Below, piece after piece: positions 35,201-50,200 of a stretch of DNA of 64,000 bases. A program made the position numbers and the translations under genes. A model generated the notes under the pieces. It saw only the letters and a list, made by a program, of their open reading frames with translations. It was not told the origin of the DNA and searched no databases. Position 1 is the first letter of the stretch; each line of letters opens with the position of its first letter. The DNA is from Nemertoderma westbladi (taxonomy: Eukaryota > Animalia > Xenacoelomorpha), in NCBI GenBank assembly GCA_032718475.1, contig JAUCBJ010001977.1:1-64000 (forward strand). Reading direction: 5' to 3'.

Positions 35201-38200
35201 TATTCTAGAATTATGTTACATCTTATACCAAAATCTGATCTTCTGGCTTGGTACTTTTCATACTCGTGTTCTATATTCGCGTTGTATTTTACTGATATTG
35301 TGAGGTATCGTCGTTGCGCATCCTGGCCGCGGAATACTTAATGTTATTTTTATACTAACAATTAATTTATGTATGTCAATTATTATAGTGTAGCCTTATT
35401 TACCTTTGAATATTTCACAATTGCATCCCTATACAATTTATTTTCTCTGCAATTAAAATAGTTATCAGTTGACACGCATTAAACAAAGTATTAATTACTA
35501 TCCTTACTCAATAGATCAAAAGGTTGAGGTTAGTAAAATGACCAAAAGGGGAGATTAGTAAAATGGTCAAAAGGGGAGATTAGTAAAATTGTCAAAGGGG
35601 GAGATTAGTAAAATGGTCATAAAGAGGAGATTAGTTAAATGGTCAAGAGGGGAGATTAGTAAAATGGTCAAAAGGGGAGATTAGTAAAATGGTCAAAAGG
35701 GGAGATTAGTAAAATGGTCAAAATGGGAGGTTAGTAAAATGGTCAAAAGGGGAGGTTAGTAAAATGGTCACAATGGGAGATTAGTAAAATGGTCACAATG
35801 GGAGATTAGTAAAATGGTCACAATGGGAGGTTAGTAAAATGGTCAAAAGGGGAGGTTAGTAAAATGGTCAAAATGGGAGGTTAGTAAAATGGTCACAATG
35901 GGAGATTAGTAAAATGGTCACAATGGGAGGTTAGTAAAATGGTCAAAAGGGGAGATTAGTAAAATGGTCAAAAGGGGAGATTAGTAAAATTGTCAAAGGG
36001 GGAGATTAGTAAAATGGTCATAAAGAGGAGATTAGTTAAATGGTCAAGAGGGGAGATTAGTAAAATGGTCAAAAGGGGAGATTAGTAAAATTGTCAAAGG
36101 GGGAGATTAGTAAAATGGTCATAAAGAGGAGATTAGTAAAATGGCCAAAAGGGGAAATTAGTAATATGGTCAAAATGGGAGGTTAGTAAAATTGTCACAA
36201 TGGGAGGTTAGTAAAATGGTCATAAAGAGGAGATTAGTAAAATGGTCAAAAGGGGAGATTAGTAAAATTGTCAAAGGGGGAGATTAGTAAAATGGTCATA
36301 AAGAGGAGATTAGTTAAATGGTCAAAAGGGGAGGTTAGTAAAATGGTCACAATGGGAGATTAGTAAAATGGTCACAATGGGAGGTTAGTAAAATGGTCAT
36401 AAAGAGGAGATTAGTTAAATGGCCAAAAGTGGAGATTAGTAAAATGGTCAAAATGGGAGGTTAGTAAAATGGTCATAAAGAGGAGATTAATTAAATGGTC
36501 AAAATGGGAGGTTAGTAAGATGGTCACAATGGGAGATTAGTAAAATGGTCACAATGGGAGGTTAGTAAAATGGTCACAATGGGAGATTAGTAAAATGGTC
36601 AAAAGGGGAGATTAGTAAAATTGTCAAAGGGGGAGATTAGTAAAATGGTCACAATGGGAGGTTAGTAAAATGGTCATAAAGAGGAGATTAATTAAATGGT
36701 CAAAATGGGAGGTTAGTAAGATGGTCACAATGGGAGATTAGTAAAATGGTCACAATGGGAGGTTAGTAAAATGGTCACAATGGGAGATTAGTAAAATGGT
36801 CAAAAGGGGAGATTAGTAAAATTGTCAAAGGGGGAGATTAGTAAAATGGTCATAAAAAGGATATTAGTTAAATGGTCAAAAGGGGAGATTAGTGAAATGG
36901 TCAAAAGGAGAGATTAGTAAAATGGTCAAAATGGGAGGTTAGTAAAATGGTCATAAAGAGGAGATTAGTAAAATTGTCAAAGAGGGAGATTAGTAAAATG
37001 GTCAAAAGGGGAGATTAGTAAAATGATCAAAATGGGAGGTTAGTAAAATGGTCACAATGGGAGGTTAGTAAAATGGTCATAAAGAGGAGATTAGTTAAAT
37101 GGTCAAAAGGGGAGATTAGTAAAATGGTCAAAAGGGGAGATTAGTAAAATGGTCAAAATGGGAGGTTAGTAAAATGGTCACAATGGGAGGTTAGTAAAAT
37201 GGTCATAAAGAGGAGATTAGTTAAATGGTCAAAATGGGAGGTTAGTAAAATGGTCACAATGGGAGGTTAGTAAAATGGTCATAAAGAGGAGATTAGTTAA
37301 ATGGTCAAAAGGGGAGATTAGTTAAATGGTCAAAAGGGGAGATTAGTAAAATGGTCAAAAGGGGAGATTAGTAAAATGGTCAAAATGGGAGGTTAGTAAA
37401 ATGGTCACAATGGGAGGTTAGTAAAATGGTCATAAAGAGGATATTAGTTAAATGGTCAAAAGGGGAGATTAGTGAAATGGTCAAAAGGGGAGATTAGTAA
37501 AATTGTCAAAGGGGGAGATTAGTAAAATGGTCAAAAGGGGAGATTAGTAAAATGATCAAAATGGGAGGTTAGTAAAATGGTCACAATGGGAGGTTAGTAA
37601 AATGGTCATAAAGAGGAGATTAGTTAAATGGTCAAAAGGGGAGATTAGTAAAATGGTCAAAAGGGGAGATTAGTAAAATGGTCAAAATGGTAGGTTAGTA
37701 AAATGGTCAAAAGGGGAGATTAGTTAAATGGTCAAAAGGGGAGATTAGTAAAATGGTCAAAAGGGGAGATTAGTAAAATGGTCAAAAGGGGAGATTAGTA
37801 AAATGATCAAAATGGGAGGTTAGTAAAATGGTCACAATGGGAGGTTAGTAAAATGGTCATAAAGAGGAGATTAGTTAAATGGTCAAAATGGGAGATTAGT
37901 AAAATGGTCAAAAGGGGAGATTAGTAAAATGGTCACAATGGGAGGTTAGTAAAATGGTCATAAAGAGGAGATTAGTTAAATGGTCAAAATGGGAGGTTAG
38001 TACAATGGTCACAATGGGAGGTTAGTAAAATGGTCATAAAGAGGAGATTAGTTAAATGGTCAAAAGGGGAGATTAGTAAAATGGTCAAAAGGGGAGATTA
38101 GTAAAATGGTCAAAAGGGGAGATTAGTAAAGTGGTCAAAAGGTGAGATTAGTAAAATGATCAAAATGGGAGGTTAGTAAAATGGTCAACAAAAGGGAAGA

Positions 38201-41200
38201 TTAGTAAAATGGTCATAAAGAGGAGATTAGTAAAATTGTCAAAGGGGGAGATTAGTAAAATGGTCAAAAGGGGAGATTAGTAAAATGATCAAAATGGGAG
38301 GTTAGTAAAATGGTCAAAAGGGGAGATTAGTAAAATGGTCATAAAGAGGAGATTAGTTAAATGGTAAAAATGGGAGGTTAGTACAATGGTCAACAAAAGG
38401 GAAGATTAGTAAAATGGTCATAAAGAGGAGATTAGTAAAATGGTCATAAAGAGGAGATTAGTTAAATAGTCAAAAGGGGAGATTAGTAAAATGGTCAAAA
38501 TGGGAGGTTAGTAAAATGGTCACAATGGGAGGTTAGTAAAATGGTCATAAAGAGGAGATTAGTTAAATGGCCAAAATGGGAGATTAGTAAAATGGTCAAA
38601 AGGGGAGATTAGTAAAATGGTCAAAATGGGAGGTTAGTAAAATGGTCACAATGGGAGGTTAGTAAAATGGTCATAAAGAGGAGATTAGTTAAATGGCCAA
38701 AATGGGAGATTAGTAAAATGGTCAAAATGGGAGATTAGTAAAATGGTCAAAAGGGGAGATTAGTAAAATGGTCACAATGGGAGGTTAGTAAAATGGTCAT
38801 AAAGAGGAGATTAGTTAAATGGTCAAAAGGGGAGATTAGTAAAATGGTCAAAAGGGGAGATTAGTAAAATGGTCAAAAGGGGAGATTAGTAAAATTGTCA
38901 AAGGGGGAGATTAGTAAAATGGTCAAAAGGGGAGATTAGTAAAATGATCAAAATGGGAGGTTAGTAAAATGGTCAACAAAAGGGAAGATTAGTAAAATGG
39001 TCATAAAGAGGAGATTAGTAAAATGGTCATAAAGAGGAGATTAGTTAAATGGTCAAAAGGGGAGATTAGTAAAATGGTCAAAATGGGAGGTTAGTAAAAT
39101 GGTCACAATGGGAGGTTAGTAAAATGGTCATAAAGAGGAGATTAGTTAAATGGCCAAAATGGGAGATTAGTAAAATGGTCAAAAGGGGAGATTAGTAAAA
39201 TGGTCACAATGGGAGGTTAGTAAAATGGTCATAAAGAGGAGATTAGTTAAATGGCCAAAATGGGAGATTAGTAAAATGGTCAAAAGGGGAGATTAGTAAA
39301 ATGGTCACAATGGCAGATTAGTAAAATGGTCATAAAGAGGAGATTAGTTAAATGGTCAAAAGGGGAGATTAGTAAAATGGTCAAAAGGGGAGATTAGTAA
39401 AATGGTCAAAAGGGGAGATTAGTAAAATTGTCAAAGGGGGAGATTAGTAAAATGGTCAAAAGGGGAGATTAGTAAAATGATCAAAATGGGAGGTTAGTAA
39501 AATGGTCACAATGGGAGGTTAGTAAAATGGTCATAAAGAGGAGATTAGTTAAATGGTCAAAAGGGGAGATTAGTAAAATGGTCAAAAGGGGAGATTAGTA
39601 AAATGGTCAAAATGGTAGGTTAGTAAAATGGTCAAAAGGGGAGATTAGTTAAATGGTCAAAAGGGGAGATTAGTAAAATGGTCAAAAGGGGAGATTAGTA
39701 AAATGGTCAAAAGGGGAGATTAGTAAAATGATCAAAGTAAAATGGTCACAATGGGAGGTTAGTAAAATGGTCACAATGGGAGGTTAGTAAAATGGTCATA
39801 AAGAGGAGATTAGTTAAATGGTCAAAAGGGGAGATTAGTAAAATGGTCAAAAGGGGAGATTAGTAAAATGGTCAAAATGGGAGGTTAGTAAAATGGTCAA
39901 AATGGGAGATTAGTAAAATGATCAAAATGGGAGGTTAGTGAAATGGTCAAAAGGGGAGATTAGTAAAATGGTCACAATGGGAGGTTAGTAAAATGGTCAC
40001 AATGGGAGGTTAGTAAAATGGTCATAAAGAGGAGATTAGTTAAATGGCCAAAATGGGAGATTAGTAAAATGGTCAAAAGGGGAGATTAGTAAAATGGTCA
40101 CAATGGGAGGTTAGTAAAATGGTCATAAAGAGGAGATTAGTTAAATGGTCAAAAGGGGAGATTAGTAAAATGGTCAAAAGGGGAGATTAGTAAAATGGTC
40201 AAAAGGGGAGATTAGTAAAATTGTCAAAGGGGGAGATTAGTAAAATGGTCAAAAGGGGAGATTAGTAAAATGATCAAAATGGGAGGTTAGTAAAATGGTC
40301 AAAAGGGGAGATTAGTAAAATGGTCATAAAGAGGAGATTAGTTAAATGGTCAAAAGGGGAGATTAGTAAAATGGTCAAAAGGGGAGATTAGTAAAATGAT
40401 CAAAGTAAAATGGTCACAATGGGAGGTTAGTAAAATGGTCACAATGGGAGGTTAGTAAAATGGTCATAAAGAGGAGATTAGTTAAATGGTCAAAAGGGGA
40501 GATTAGTAAAATGGTCAAAAGGGGAGATTAGTAAAATGGTCAAAATGGGAGGTTAGTAAAATGGTCAAAATGGGAGATTAGTAAAATGATCAAAATGGGA
40601 GGTTAGTGAAATGGTCAAAAGGGGAGATTAGTAAAATGGTCACAATGGGAGGTTAGTAAAATGGTCACAATGGGAGGTTAGTAAAATGGTCATAAAGAGG
40701 AGATTAGTTAAATGGCCAAAATGGGAGATTAGTAAAATGGTCAAAAGGGGAGATTAGTAAAATGGTCACAATGGGAGGTTAGTAAAATGGTCATAAAGAG
40801 GAGATTAGTTAAATGGTCAAAAGGGGAGATTAGTAAAATGGTCAAAAGGGGAGATTAGTAAAATGGTCAAAAGGGGAGATTAGTAAAATTGTCAAAGGGG
40901 GAGATTAGTAAAATGGTCAAAAGGGGAGATTAGTAAAATGATCAAAATGGGAGGTTAGTAAAATGGTCAACAAAAGGGAAGATTAGTAAAATGGTCATAA
41001 AGAGGAGATTAGTAAAATGGTCATAAAGAGGAGATTAGTTAAATGGTCAAAAGGGGAGATTAGTAAAATGGTCAAAATGGGAGGTTAGTAAAATGGTCAC
41101 AATGGGAGGTTAGTAAAATGGTCATAAAGAGGAGATTAGTTAAATGGTCAAAATGGGAGATTAGTAAAATGGTCAAAATGGGAGATTAGTAAAATGATCA

Positions 41201-44200
41201 AAATGGGAGGTTAGTGAAATGGTCAAAAGGGGAGATTAGTAAAATGGTCACAATGGGAGGTTAGTAAAATGGTCACAATGGGAGGTTAGTAAAATGGTCA
41301 TAAAGAGGAGATTAGTTAAATGGCCAAAATGGGAGATTAGTAAAATGGTCAAAATGGGAGATTAGTAAAATGGTCAAAAGGGGAGATTAGTAAAATGGTC
41401 ACAATGGGAGGTTAGTAAAATGGTCATAAAGAGGAGATTAGTTAAATGGTCAAAAGGGGAGATTAGTAAAATGGTCAAAAGGGGAGATTAGTAAAATGGT
41501 CAAAAGGGGAGATTAGTAAAATTGTCAAAGGGGGAGATTAGTAAAATGGTCAAAAGGGGAGATTAGTAAAATGATCAAAATGGGAGGTTAGTAAAATGGT
41601 CAACAAAAGGGAAGATTAGTAAAATGGTCATAAAGAGGAGATTAGTAAAATGGTCATAAAGAGGAGATTAGTTAAATGGTCAAAAGGGGAGATTAGTAAA
41701 ATGGTCAAAATGGGAGGTTAGTAAAATGGTCACAATGGGAGGTTAGTAAAATGGTCATAAAGAGGAGATTAGTTAAATGGCCAAAATGGGAGATTAGTAA
41801 AATGGTCAAAAGGGGAGATTAGTAAAATGGTCACAATGGGAGGTTAGTAAAATGGTCATAAAGAGGAGATTAGTTAAATGGCCAAAATGGGAGATTAGTA
41901 AAATGGTCAAAAGGGGAGATTAGTAAAATGGTCACAATGGCAGATTAGTAAAATGGTCATAAAGAGGAGATTAGTTAAATGGTCAAAAGGGGAGATTAGT
42001 AAAATGGTCAAAAGGGGAGATTAGTAAAATGGTCAAAAGGGGAGATTAGTAAAATTGTCAAAGGGGGAGATTAGTAAAATGGTCAAAAGGGGAGATTAGT
42101 AAAATGGTTAAAAGGGGAGATTAGTAAAATGGTCAAAATGGGAGATTAGTAAAATGGTCAAAAGGGGAGATTAGTAAAATGGTCAAAAGGGGAGATTAGT
42201 AAAATGATCAAAATGGGAGGTTAGTAAAATGGTCACAATGGGAGGTTAGTAAAATGGTCATAAAGAGGAGATTAGTTAAATGGTCAAAAGGGGAGATTAG
42301 TAAAATGGTCAAAAGGGGAGATTAGTAAAATGGTCAAAATGGTAGGTTAGTAAAATGGTCAAAAGGGGAGATTAGTTAAATGGTCAAAAGGGGAGATTAG
42401 TAAAATGGTCAAAAGGGGAGATTAGTAAAATGGTCAAAAGGGGAGATTAGTAAAATGATCAAAGTAAAATGGTCACAATGGGAGGTTAGTAAAATGGTCA
42501 CAATGGGAGGTTAGTAAAATGGTCATAAAGAGGAGATTAGTTAAATGGTCAAAATGGGAGATTAGTAAAATGGTCAAAATGGGAGATTAGTAAAATGATC
42601 AAAATGGGAGGTTAGTGAAATGGTCAAAAGGGGAGATTAGTAAAATGGTCACAATGGGAGGTTAGTAAAATGGTCACAATGGGAGGTTAGTAAAATGGTC
42701 ATAAAGAGGAGATTAGTTAAATGGTCAAAAGGGGAGATTAGTAAAATGGTCAAAAGGGGAGATTAGTAAAATGGTCACAATGGGAGGTTAGTAAAATGGT
42801 CATAAAGAGGAGATTAGTTAAATGGTCAAAAGGGGAGATTAGTAAAATGGTCAAAAGGGGAGATTAGTAAAATGGTCAAAATGGTAGGTTAGTAAAATGG
42901 TCAAAATGGGAGGTTAGTAAAATGGTCACAATGGGAGGTTAGTAAAATGGTCATAAAGAGGATATTAGTTAAATGGTCAAAATGGGAGATTAGTAAAATG
43001 GTCAAAAGGGGAGATTAGTAAAATGGTCACAATGGGAGGTTAGTAAAATGGTCATAAAGAGGAGATTAGTTAAATGGTCAAAAGGGGAGATTAGTAAAAT
43101 GGTCAAAAGGGGAGATTAGTAAAATGGTCAAAATGGTAGGTTAGTAAAATGGTCATAAAGAGGAGATTAGTTAAATGGTCAAAAGGGGAGATTAGTAAAA
43201 TGGTCAAAAGGGGAGATTAGTTAAATGGTCAAAAGGGGAGATTAGTAAAATGGTCAAAAGGGGAGATTAGTAAAATGGTCAAAAGGGGAGATTAGTAAAA
43301 TGATCAAAATGGGAGGTTAGTAAAATGGTCACAATGGGAGGTTAGTAAAATGGTCATAAAGAGGAGATTAGTTAAATGGTCAAAATGGGAGATTAGTAAA
43401 ATGGTCAAAAGGGGAGGTTAGTAAAATGGTCACAATGGGAGGTTAGTAAAATGGTCATAAAGAGGAGATTAGTTAAATGGTCAAAATGGGAGATTAGTAA
43501 AATGGTCAAAAGGGGAGATTAGTAAAATGATCAAAATGGGAGATTAGTAAAATGGTCAAAAGGGGAGATTAGTAAAATGGTCAAAAGGGGAGATTAGTAA
43601 AATGATCAAAATGGGAGATTAGTAAAATGGTCAAAAGGGGAGATTAGTAAAATGATCAAAAGGGGAGATTAGTAAAATGGTCAAAAGGGGAGATTAGTAA
43701 AATGATCAAAATGGGAGGTTAGTAAAATGGTCACAATGGAAGGTTAGTAAAATGGTCATAAAGAGGAGATTAGTTAAATGGTCAAAAGGGGAGATTAGTA
43801 AAATGGTCAAAAGGGGAGATTAGTAAAATGGTCAAAATGGTAGGTTAGTAAAATGGTCAAAAGGGGAGATTAGTTAAATGGTCAAAAGGGGAGATTAGTA
43901 AAATGGTCAAAAGGGGAGATTAGTAAAATGGTCAAAAGGGGAGATTAGTAAAATGATCAAAATGGGAGGTTAGTAAAATGGTCACAATGGGAGGTTAGTA
44001 AAATGGTCATAAAGAGGAGATTAGTAAAATGATCAAAATGGGAGATTAGTAAAATGGTCAAAAGGGGAGATTAGTAATATGGTCAAAATGGGAGGTTAGT
44101 AAAATGGTCACAATGGGAGGTTAGTAAAATTGTCATAAAGAGGAGATTAGTTAAATGGTCAAAAGGGGAGATTAGTAAAATGGTCAAAAGGGGAGATTAG

Positions 44201-47200
44201 TAAAATGGTCAAAAGGGGAGATTAGTAAAATGGTCAAAAGGGGAGATTAGTAAAGTGGTCAAAAGGGGAGATTAGTAAAATGGTCAAAAGGGGAGATTAG
44301 TAAAATGGTCAAAAGGGGAGATTAGTAAAATGGTCAAAATGGTAGGTTAGTAAAATGGTCAAAAGGGGAGATTAGTTAAATGGTCAAAAGGGGAGATTAG
44401 TAAAATGGTCAAAAGGGGAGATTAGTAAAATGGTCAAAAGGGGAGATTAGTAAAATGATCAAAATGGGAGGTTAGTAAAATGGTCACAATGGGAGGTTAG
44501 TAAAATGGTCATAAAGAGGAGATTAGTAAAATGGTCAAAAGGGGAGGTTAGTAAAATGGTCAAAATGGGAGATTAGTAAAATGGTCACAATGGGAGGTTA
44601 GTAAAATGGTCATAAAGAGGAGATTAGTAAAATGGTCAAAAGGGGAGATTAGTAAAATGGTCAAAAGGGGAGATTAGTAAAATGGTCAAAAGGGGAGATT
44701 AGTAAAATGGTCAAAAGGGGAGATTAGTAAAGTGGTCAAAAGGGGAGATTAGTAAAATGGTCAAAAGGGGAGATTAGTAAAATGGTCAAAAGGGGAGATT
44801 AGTAAAATGGTCAAAATGGTAGGTTAGTAAAATGGTCAAAAGGGGAGATTAGTTAAATGGTCAAAAGGGGAGATTAGTAAAATGGTCAAAAGGGGAGATT
44901 AGTAAAATGGTCAAAAGGGGAGATTAGTAAAATGATCAAAATGGGAGGTTAGTAAAATGGTCACAATGGGAGGTTAGTAAAATGGTCATAAAGAGGAGAT
45001 TAGTAAAATGGTCAAAAGGGGAGGTTAGTAAAATGGTCAAAATGGGAGATTAGTAAAATGGTCACAATGGGAGATTAGTAAAATGGTCATAAAGAGGAGA
45101 TTAGTAAAATGATCAAAATGGGAGATTAGTAAAATGGTCAAAAGGGGAGATTAGTAATATGGTCAAAATGGGAGGTTAGTAAAATGGTCACAATGGGAGG
45201 TTAGTAAAATGGTCATAAAGAGGAGATTAGTTAAATGGTCAAAAGGGGAGATTAGTAAAATGGTCAAAAGGGGAGATTAGTAAAATGGTCAAAAGGGGAG
45301 ATTAGTAAAGTGGTCAAAAGGGGAGATTAGTAAAATGATCAAAATGGGAGGTTAGTAAAATGGTCAACAAAAGGGAAGATTAGTAAAATGGTCATAAAGA
45401 GGAGATTAGTAAAATTGTCAAAGGGGGAGATTAGTAAAATGGTCAAAAGGGGAGATTAGTAAAATGATCAAAATGGGAGGTTAGTAAAATGGTCAAAAGG
45501 GGAGATTAGTAAAATGGTCATAAAGAGGAGATTAGTTAAATGGTCAAAAGGGGAGATTAGTAAAATGGTCAAAATGGGAGGTTAGTAAAATGGTCACAAT
45601 GGGAGGTTAGTAAAATGGTCATAAAGAGGAGATTAGTTAAATGGCCAAAAGTGGAGATTAGTAAAATGGTCAAAATGGGAGGTTAGTAAAATGGTCATAA
45701 AGAGGAGATTAATTAAATGGTCAAAATGGGAGGTTAGTAAGATGGTCACAATGGGAGATTAGTAAAATGGTCACAATGGGAGGTTAGTAAAATGGTCACA
45801 ATGGGAGATTAGTAAAATGGTCAAAAGGGGAGATTAGTAAAATTGTCAAAGGGGGAGATTAGTAAAATGGTCACAATGGGAGGTTAGTAAAATGGTCATA
45901 AAGAGGAGATTAATTAAATGGTCAAAATGGGAGGTTAGTAAGATGGTCACAATGGGAGATTAGTAAAATGGTCACAATGGGAGGTTAGTAAAATGGTCAC
46001 AATGGGAGATTAGTAAAATGGTCAAAAGGGGAGATTAGTAAAATTGTCAAAGGGGGATATTAGTAAAATGGTCATAAAGAGGATATTAGTTAAACGGTCA
46101 AAAGGGGAGATTAGTGAAATGGTCAAAAGGGGAGATTAGTAAAATTGTCAAAGAGGGAGATTAGTAAAATGGTCAAAAGGGGAGATTAGTAAAATGATCA
46201 AAATGGGAGGTTAGTAAAATGGTCACAATGGGAGGTTAGTAAAATGGTCATAAAGAGGAGATTAGTAAAATGGTCAAAATGGGAGGTTAGTAAAATGGTC
46301 ACAATGGGAGGTTAGTAAAATGGTCACAATGGGAGGTTAGTAAAATGGTCACAATGGGAGGTTAGTAAAATGGTCATAAAGAGGAGATTAGTTAAATGGT
46401 CAAAATGGGAGGTTAGTAAAATGATCAAAATGGGAGGTTAGTAAAATGGTCACAATGGGAGGTTAGTAAAATGGTCATAAAGAGGAGATTAGTAAAATGG
46501 TCAAAATGGGAGGTTAGTAAAATGGTCACAATGGGAGGTTAGTAAAATGGTCACAATGGGAGGTTAGTAAAATGGTCACAATGGGAGGTTAGTAAAATGG
46601 TCATAAAGAGGAGATTAGTTAAATGGTCAAAATGGGAGGTTAGTAAAATGATCAAAATGGGAGGTTAGTAAAATGGTCACAATGGGAGGTTAGTAAAATG
46701 GTCATAAAGAGGAGATTAGTTAAATGGTCAAAAGGGGAGATTAGTAAAATGGTCAAAAGGGGAGATTAGTAAAATGGTCAAAATGGGAGGTTAGTAAAAT
46801 GGTCACAATGGGAGGTTAGTAAAATGGTCATAAAGAGGAGATTAGTTAAATGGTCAAAAGGGGAGATTAGTAAAATGGTCAAAGGGGGAGATTAGTAAAA
46901 TGGTCATAAAGAGGAGATTAGTTAAATGGTCAAAATGGGAGGTTAGTAAAATGATCAAAATGGGAGGTTAGTAAAATGGTCACAATGGGAGGTTAGTAAA
47001 ATGGTCATAAAGAGGAGATTAGTTAAATGGTCAAAAGGGGAGATTAGTAAAATGGTCAAAGGGGGAGATTAGTAAAATGGTCATAAAGAGGAGATTAGTT
47101 AAATGGTCAAAATGGGAGGTTAGTAAAATGATCAAAATGGGAGGTTAGTAAAATGGTCACAATGGGAGGTTAGTAAAATGGTCATAAAGAGGAGATTAGT

Positions 47201-50200
47201 TAAATGGTCAAAAGAGGAGATTAGTAAAGTGGTCAATCAAAAGGGGAGATTAGTAAAATGGTCAAAATGGGAGGTTAGTAAAATGATCAAAATGGGAGTT
47301 TAGTAAAATGGTCATAAAGAGGAGATTAGTTAAATGGTCAAAATGGGAGGTTAGTAAAATGGTCACAATGGGAGGTTAGTAAAATGGTCAAAATGGGAGG
47401 TTAGTAAAATGGTCATAAAGAGGAGATTAGTTAAATGGTAAAAAGGGGAGATTAGTTAAATGGTCAAAAGGGGAGATTAGTAAAATGGTCAAAAGGGGAG
47501 ATTAGTAAAATGGTCAAAATGGGAGGTTAGTAAAATGGTCATAAAGAGGAGATTAGTTAAATGGTCAAAATGGGAGGTTAGTAAAATGGTCACAATGGGA
47601 GGTTAGTAAAATGGTCAAAATGGGAGGTTAGTAAAATGGTCATAAATAGGAGATTAGTTAAATGGTAAAAAGGGGAGATTAGTTAAATGGTCAAAAGTGG
47701 AGATTAGTAAAATGGTCAAAAGGGGAGATTAGTAAAATGATCAAAATGGGAGGTTAGTAAAATGGTCACAATGGGAGGTTAGTAAAATGGTCATAAAGAG
47801 GAGATTAGTTAAATGGTAAAAAGGGGAGATTAGTTAAATGGTCAAAAGGGGAGATTAGTAAAATGGTCAAAAGGGGAGATTAGTAAAATGGTCAAAATGG
47901 GAGGTTAGTAAAATGGTCACAATGGGAGGTTAGTAAAATGGTCATAAAGAGGATATTAGTTAAATGGTCAAAAGGGGAGATTAGTAAAATGGTCAAAAGG
48001 GGAGGTTAGTAAAATGGTCACAATAGGAGGTTAGTAAAATGGTCAAAAGGGGAGATTAGTAAAATGGTCAAAAGGGGAGATTAGTAAAATGATCCAAATG
48101 GGAGGTTAGTAAAATGGTCACAATGGGAGGTTAGTAAAATGGTCATAAAGATGAGATTAGTTAAATGGTCAAAATGGGAGGTTAGTAAAATGGTCACAAT
48201 GGGAGGTTAGTAAAATGGTCATAAAGATGAGATTAGTTAAATGGTCAAAATGGGAGGTTAGTAAAATGGTCACAATGGGAGGTTAGTAAAATGGTCATAA
48301 AGAGGAGATTAGTTAAATGGTCAAAAGGGGAGATTAGTAAAATGGTCAAAAGGGGAGATTAGTAAAATGGTCAAAGGGGGAGATTAGTAAAATGGTCAAA
48401 AGGGGAGATTAGTAAAATGATCAAAATGGGAGGTTAGTAAAATGGTCAAAAGGGGAGATTAGTAAAATGGTCAAAAGGGGAGATTAGTAAAATGGTCAAA
48501 AGGGGAGATTAGTAAAATGGTCACAATGGGAGGTTAGTAAAATTGTCATAAAGAGGAGATTAGTAAAATTGTCAAAGGGGGAGATTAGTAAAATGGTCAA
48601 AAGGGGAGATTAGTAAAATGATCAAAATGGGAGGTTAGTAAAATGGTCAAAAGGGGAGATTAGTAAAATGGTCAAAAGGGGAGATTAGTAAAATGGTCAA
48701 AAGGGGAGATTAGTAAAATGGTTAAAAGGGGAGATTAGTAAAATGATCCAAATGGGAGGTTAGTAAAATGGTCACAATGGGAGGTTAGTAAAATGGTCAT
48801 AAAGATGAGATTAGTTAAATGGTCAAAATGGGAGGTTAGTAAAATGGTCACAATGGGAGGTTAGTAAAATGGTCATAAAGAGGAGATTAGTTAAATGGTC
48901 AAAAGGGGAGATTAGTAAAATGGTCAAAAGGGGAGATTAGTAAAATGGTCAAAGGGGGAGATTAGTAAAATGGTCATAAAGAGGAGATTAGTAAAATGGC
49001 CAAAATGGGAGGTTAGTAAAATGGTCAAATGTGGAGATTAGTAAAATGGCCAAAAGGGGAGATTAGTAAAATTGTCTAAATGGTCATAAAGAGGAGATTA
49101 GTAAAATGGCCAATATGGGAGATTAGTAAAATGGCCAATATGGGAGGTTAGTAAAATGGTCAAAAGGGGAGGTTAGTAAAATGGTCAAAAGGGGAGATTA
49201 GTTAAATGATCAAAATGGGAGGTTAGTAAAATGGTCACAATGGGAGATTAGTAAAATGGTCAAAAGGGGAGATTAGTAAAATGGTCAAAGGGGGAGATTA
49301 GTAAAATGGTCATAAAGAGGAGATTAGTAAAATGGCCAAAATGGGAGGTTAGTAAAATGGTCAAATGTGGAGATTAGTAAAATGGCCAAAAGGGGAGATT
49401 AGTAAAATTGTCTAAATGGTCATAAAGAGGAGATTAGTAAAATGGCCAATATGGGAGATTAGTAAAATGGCCAAAATGGGAGGTTAGTAAAATGGTCAAA
49501 TGTGGAGATTAGTAAAATGGCCAAAAGGGGAGATTAGTAAAATTGTCTAAATGGTCATAAAGAGGAGATTAGTAAAATGGCCAATATGGGAGATTAGTAA
49601 AATGGTCAAAATGGGAGATTAGTAAAATGATCAAAATGGGAGGTTAGTAAAATGGTCAAAAGGGGAGATTAGTTAAATGATCAAAATGGGAGGTTAGTAA
49701 AATGGTCACAATGGGAGGTTAGTAAAATGGTCATAAAGAGGAGATTAGTTAAATGGTCAAAAGGGGATATTAGTAAAATGGTCAAAATGGGAGATAAGTA
49801 AAATGGTCAAAATGGTCATAAAGATGAGATTAGTAAAATGGCCAATATGGGAGGTTAGTAAAATGGTCAAAAGGGGAGGTTAGTAAAATGGTCACAAGGG
49901 GAGATTAGTAAAATGGTCAAAAGGGGAGATTAGTTAAATGATCAAAATGGGAGGTTAGTAAAATGGTCACAATGGGAGGTTAGTAAAATGGTCATAAAGA
50001 GGAGATTAGTTAAATGGTCAAAAGGGGAGATTAGTAAAATGGTCAAAATGGGAGATTAGTAAAATGGTCAAAAGGGGAGGTTAGTAAAATGGTCAAAAGG
50101 GGAGATTAGTAAAATGGTCAAAAGGGGAGATTAGTTAAATGGTCAAAATGGGAGATTAGTAAAATGGTCAAAAGGGAAGATTAGTAAAATGATCATAAAG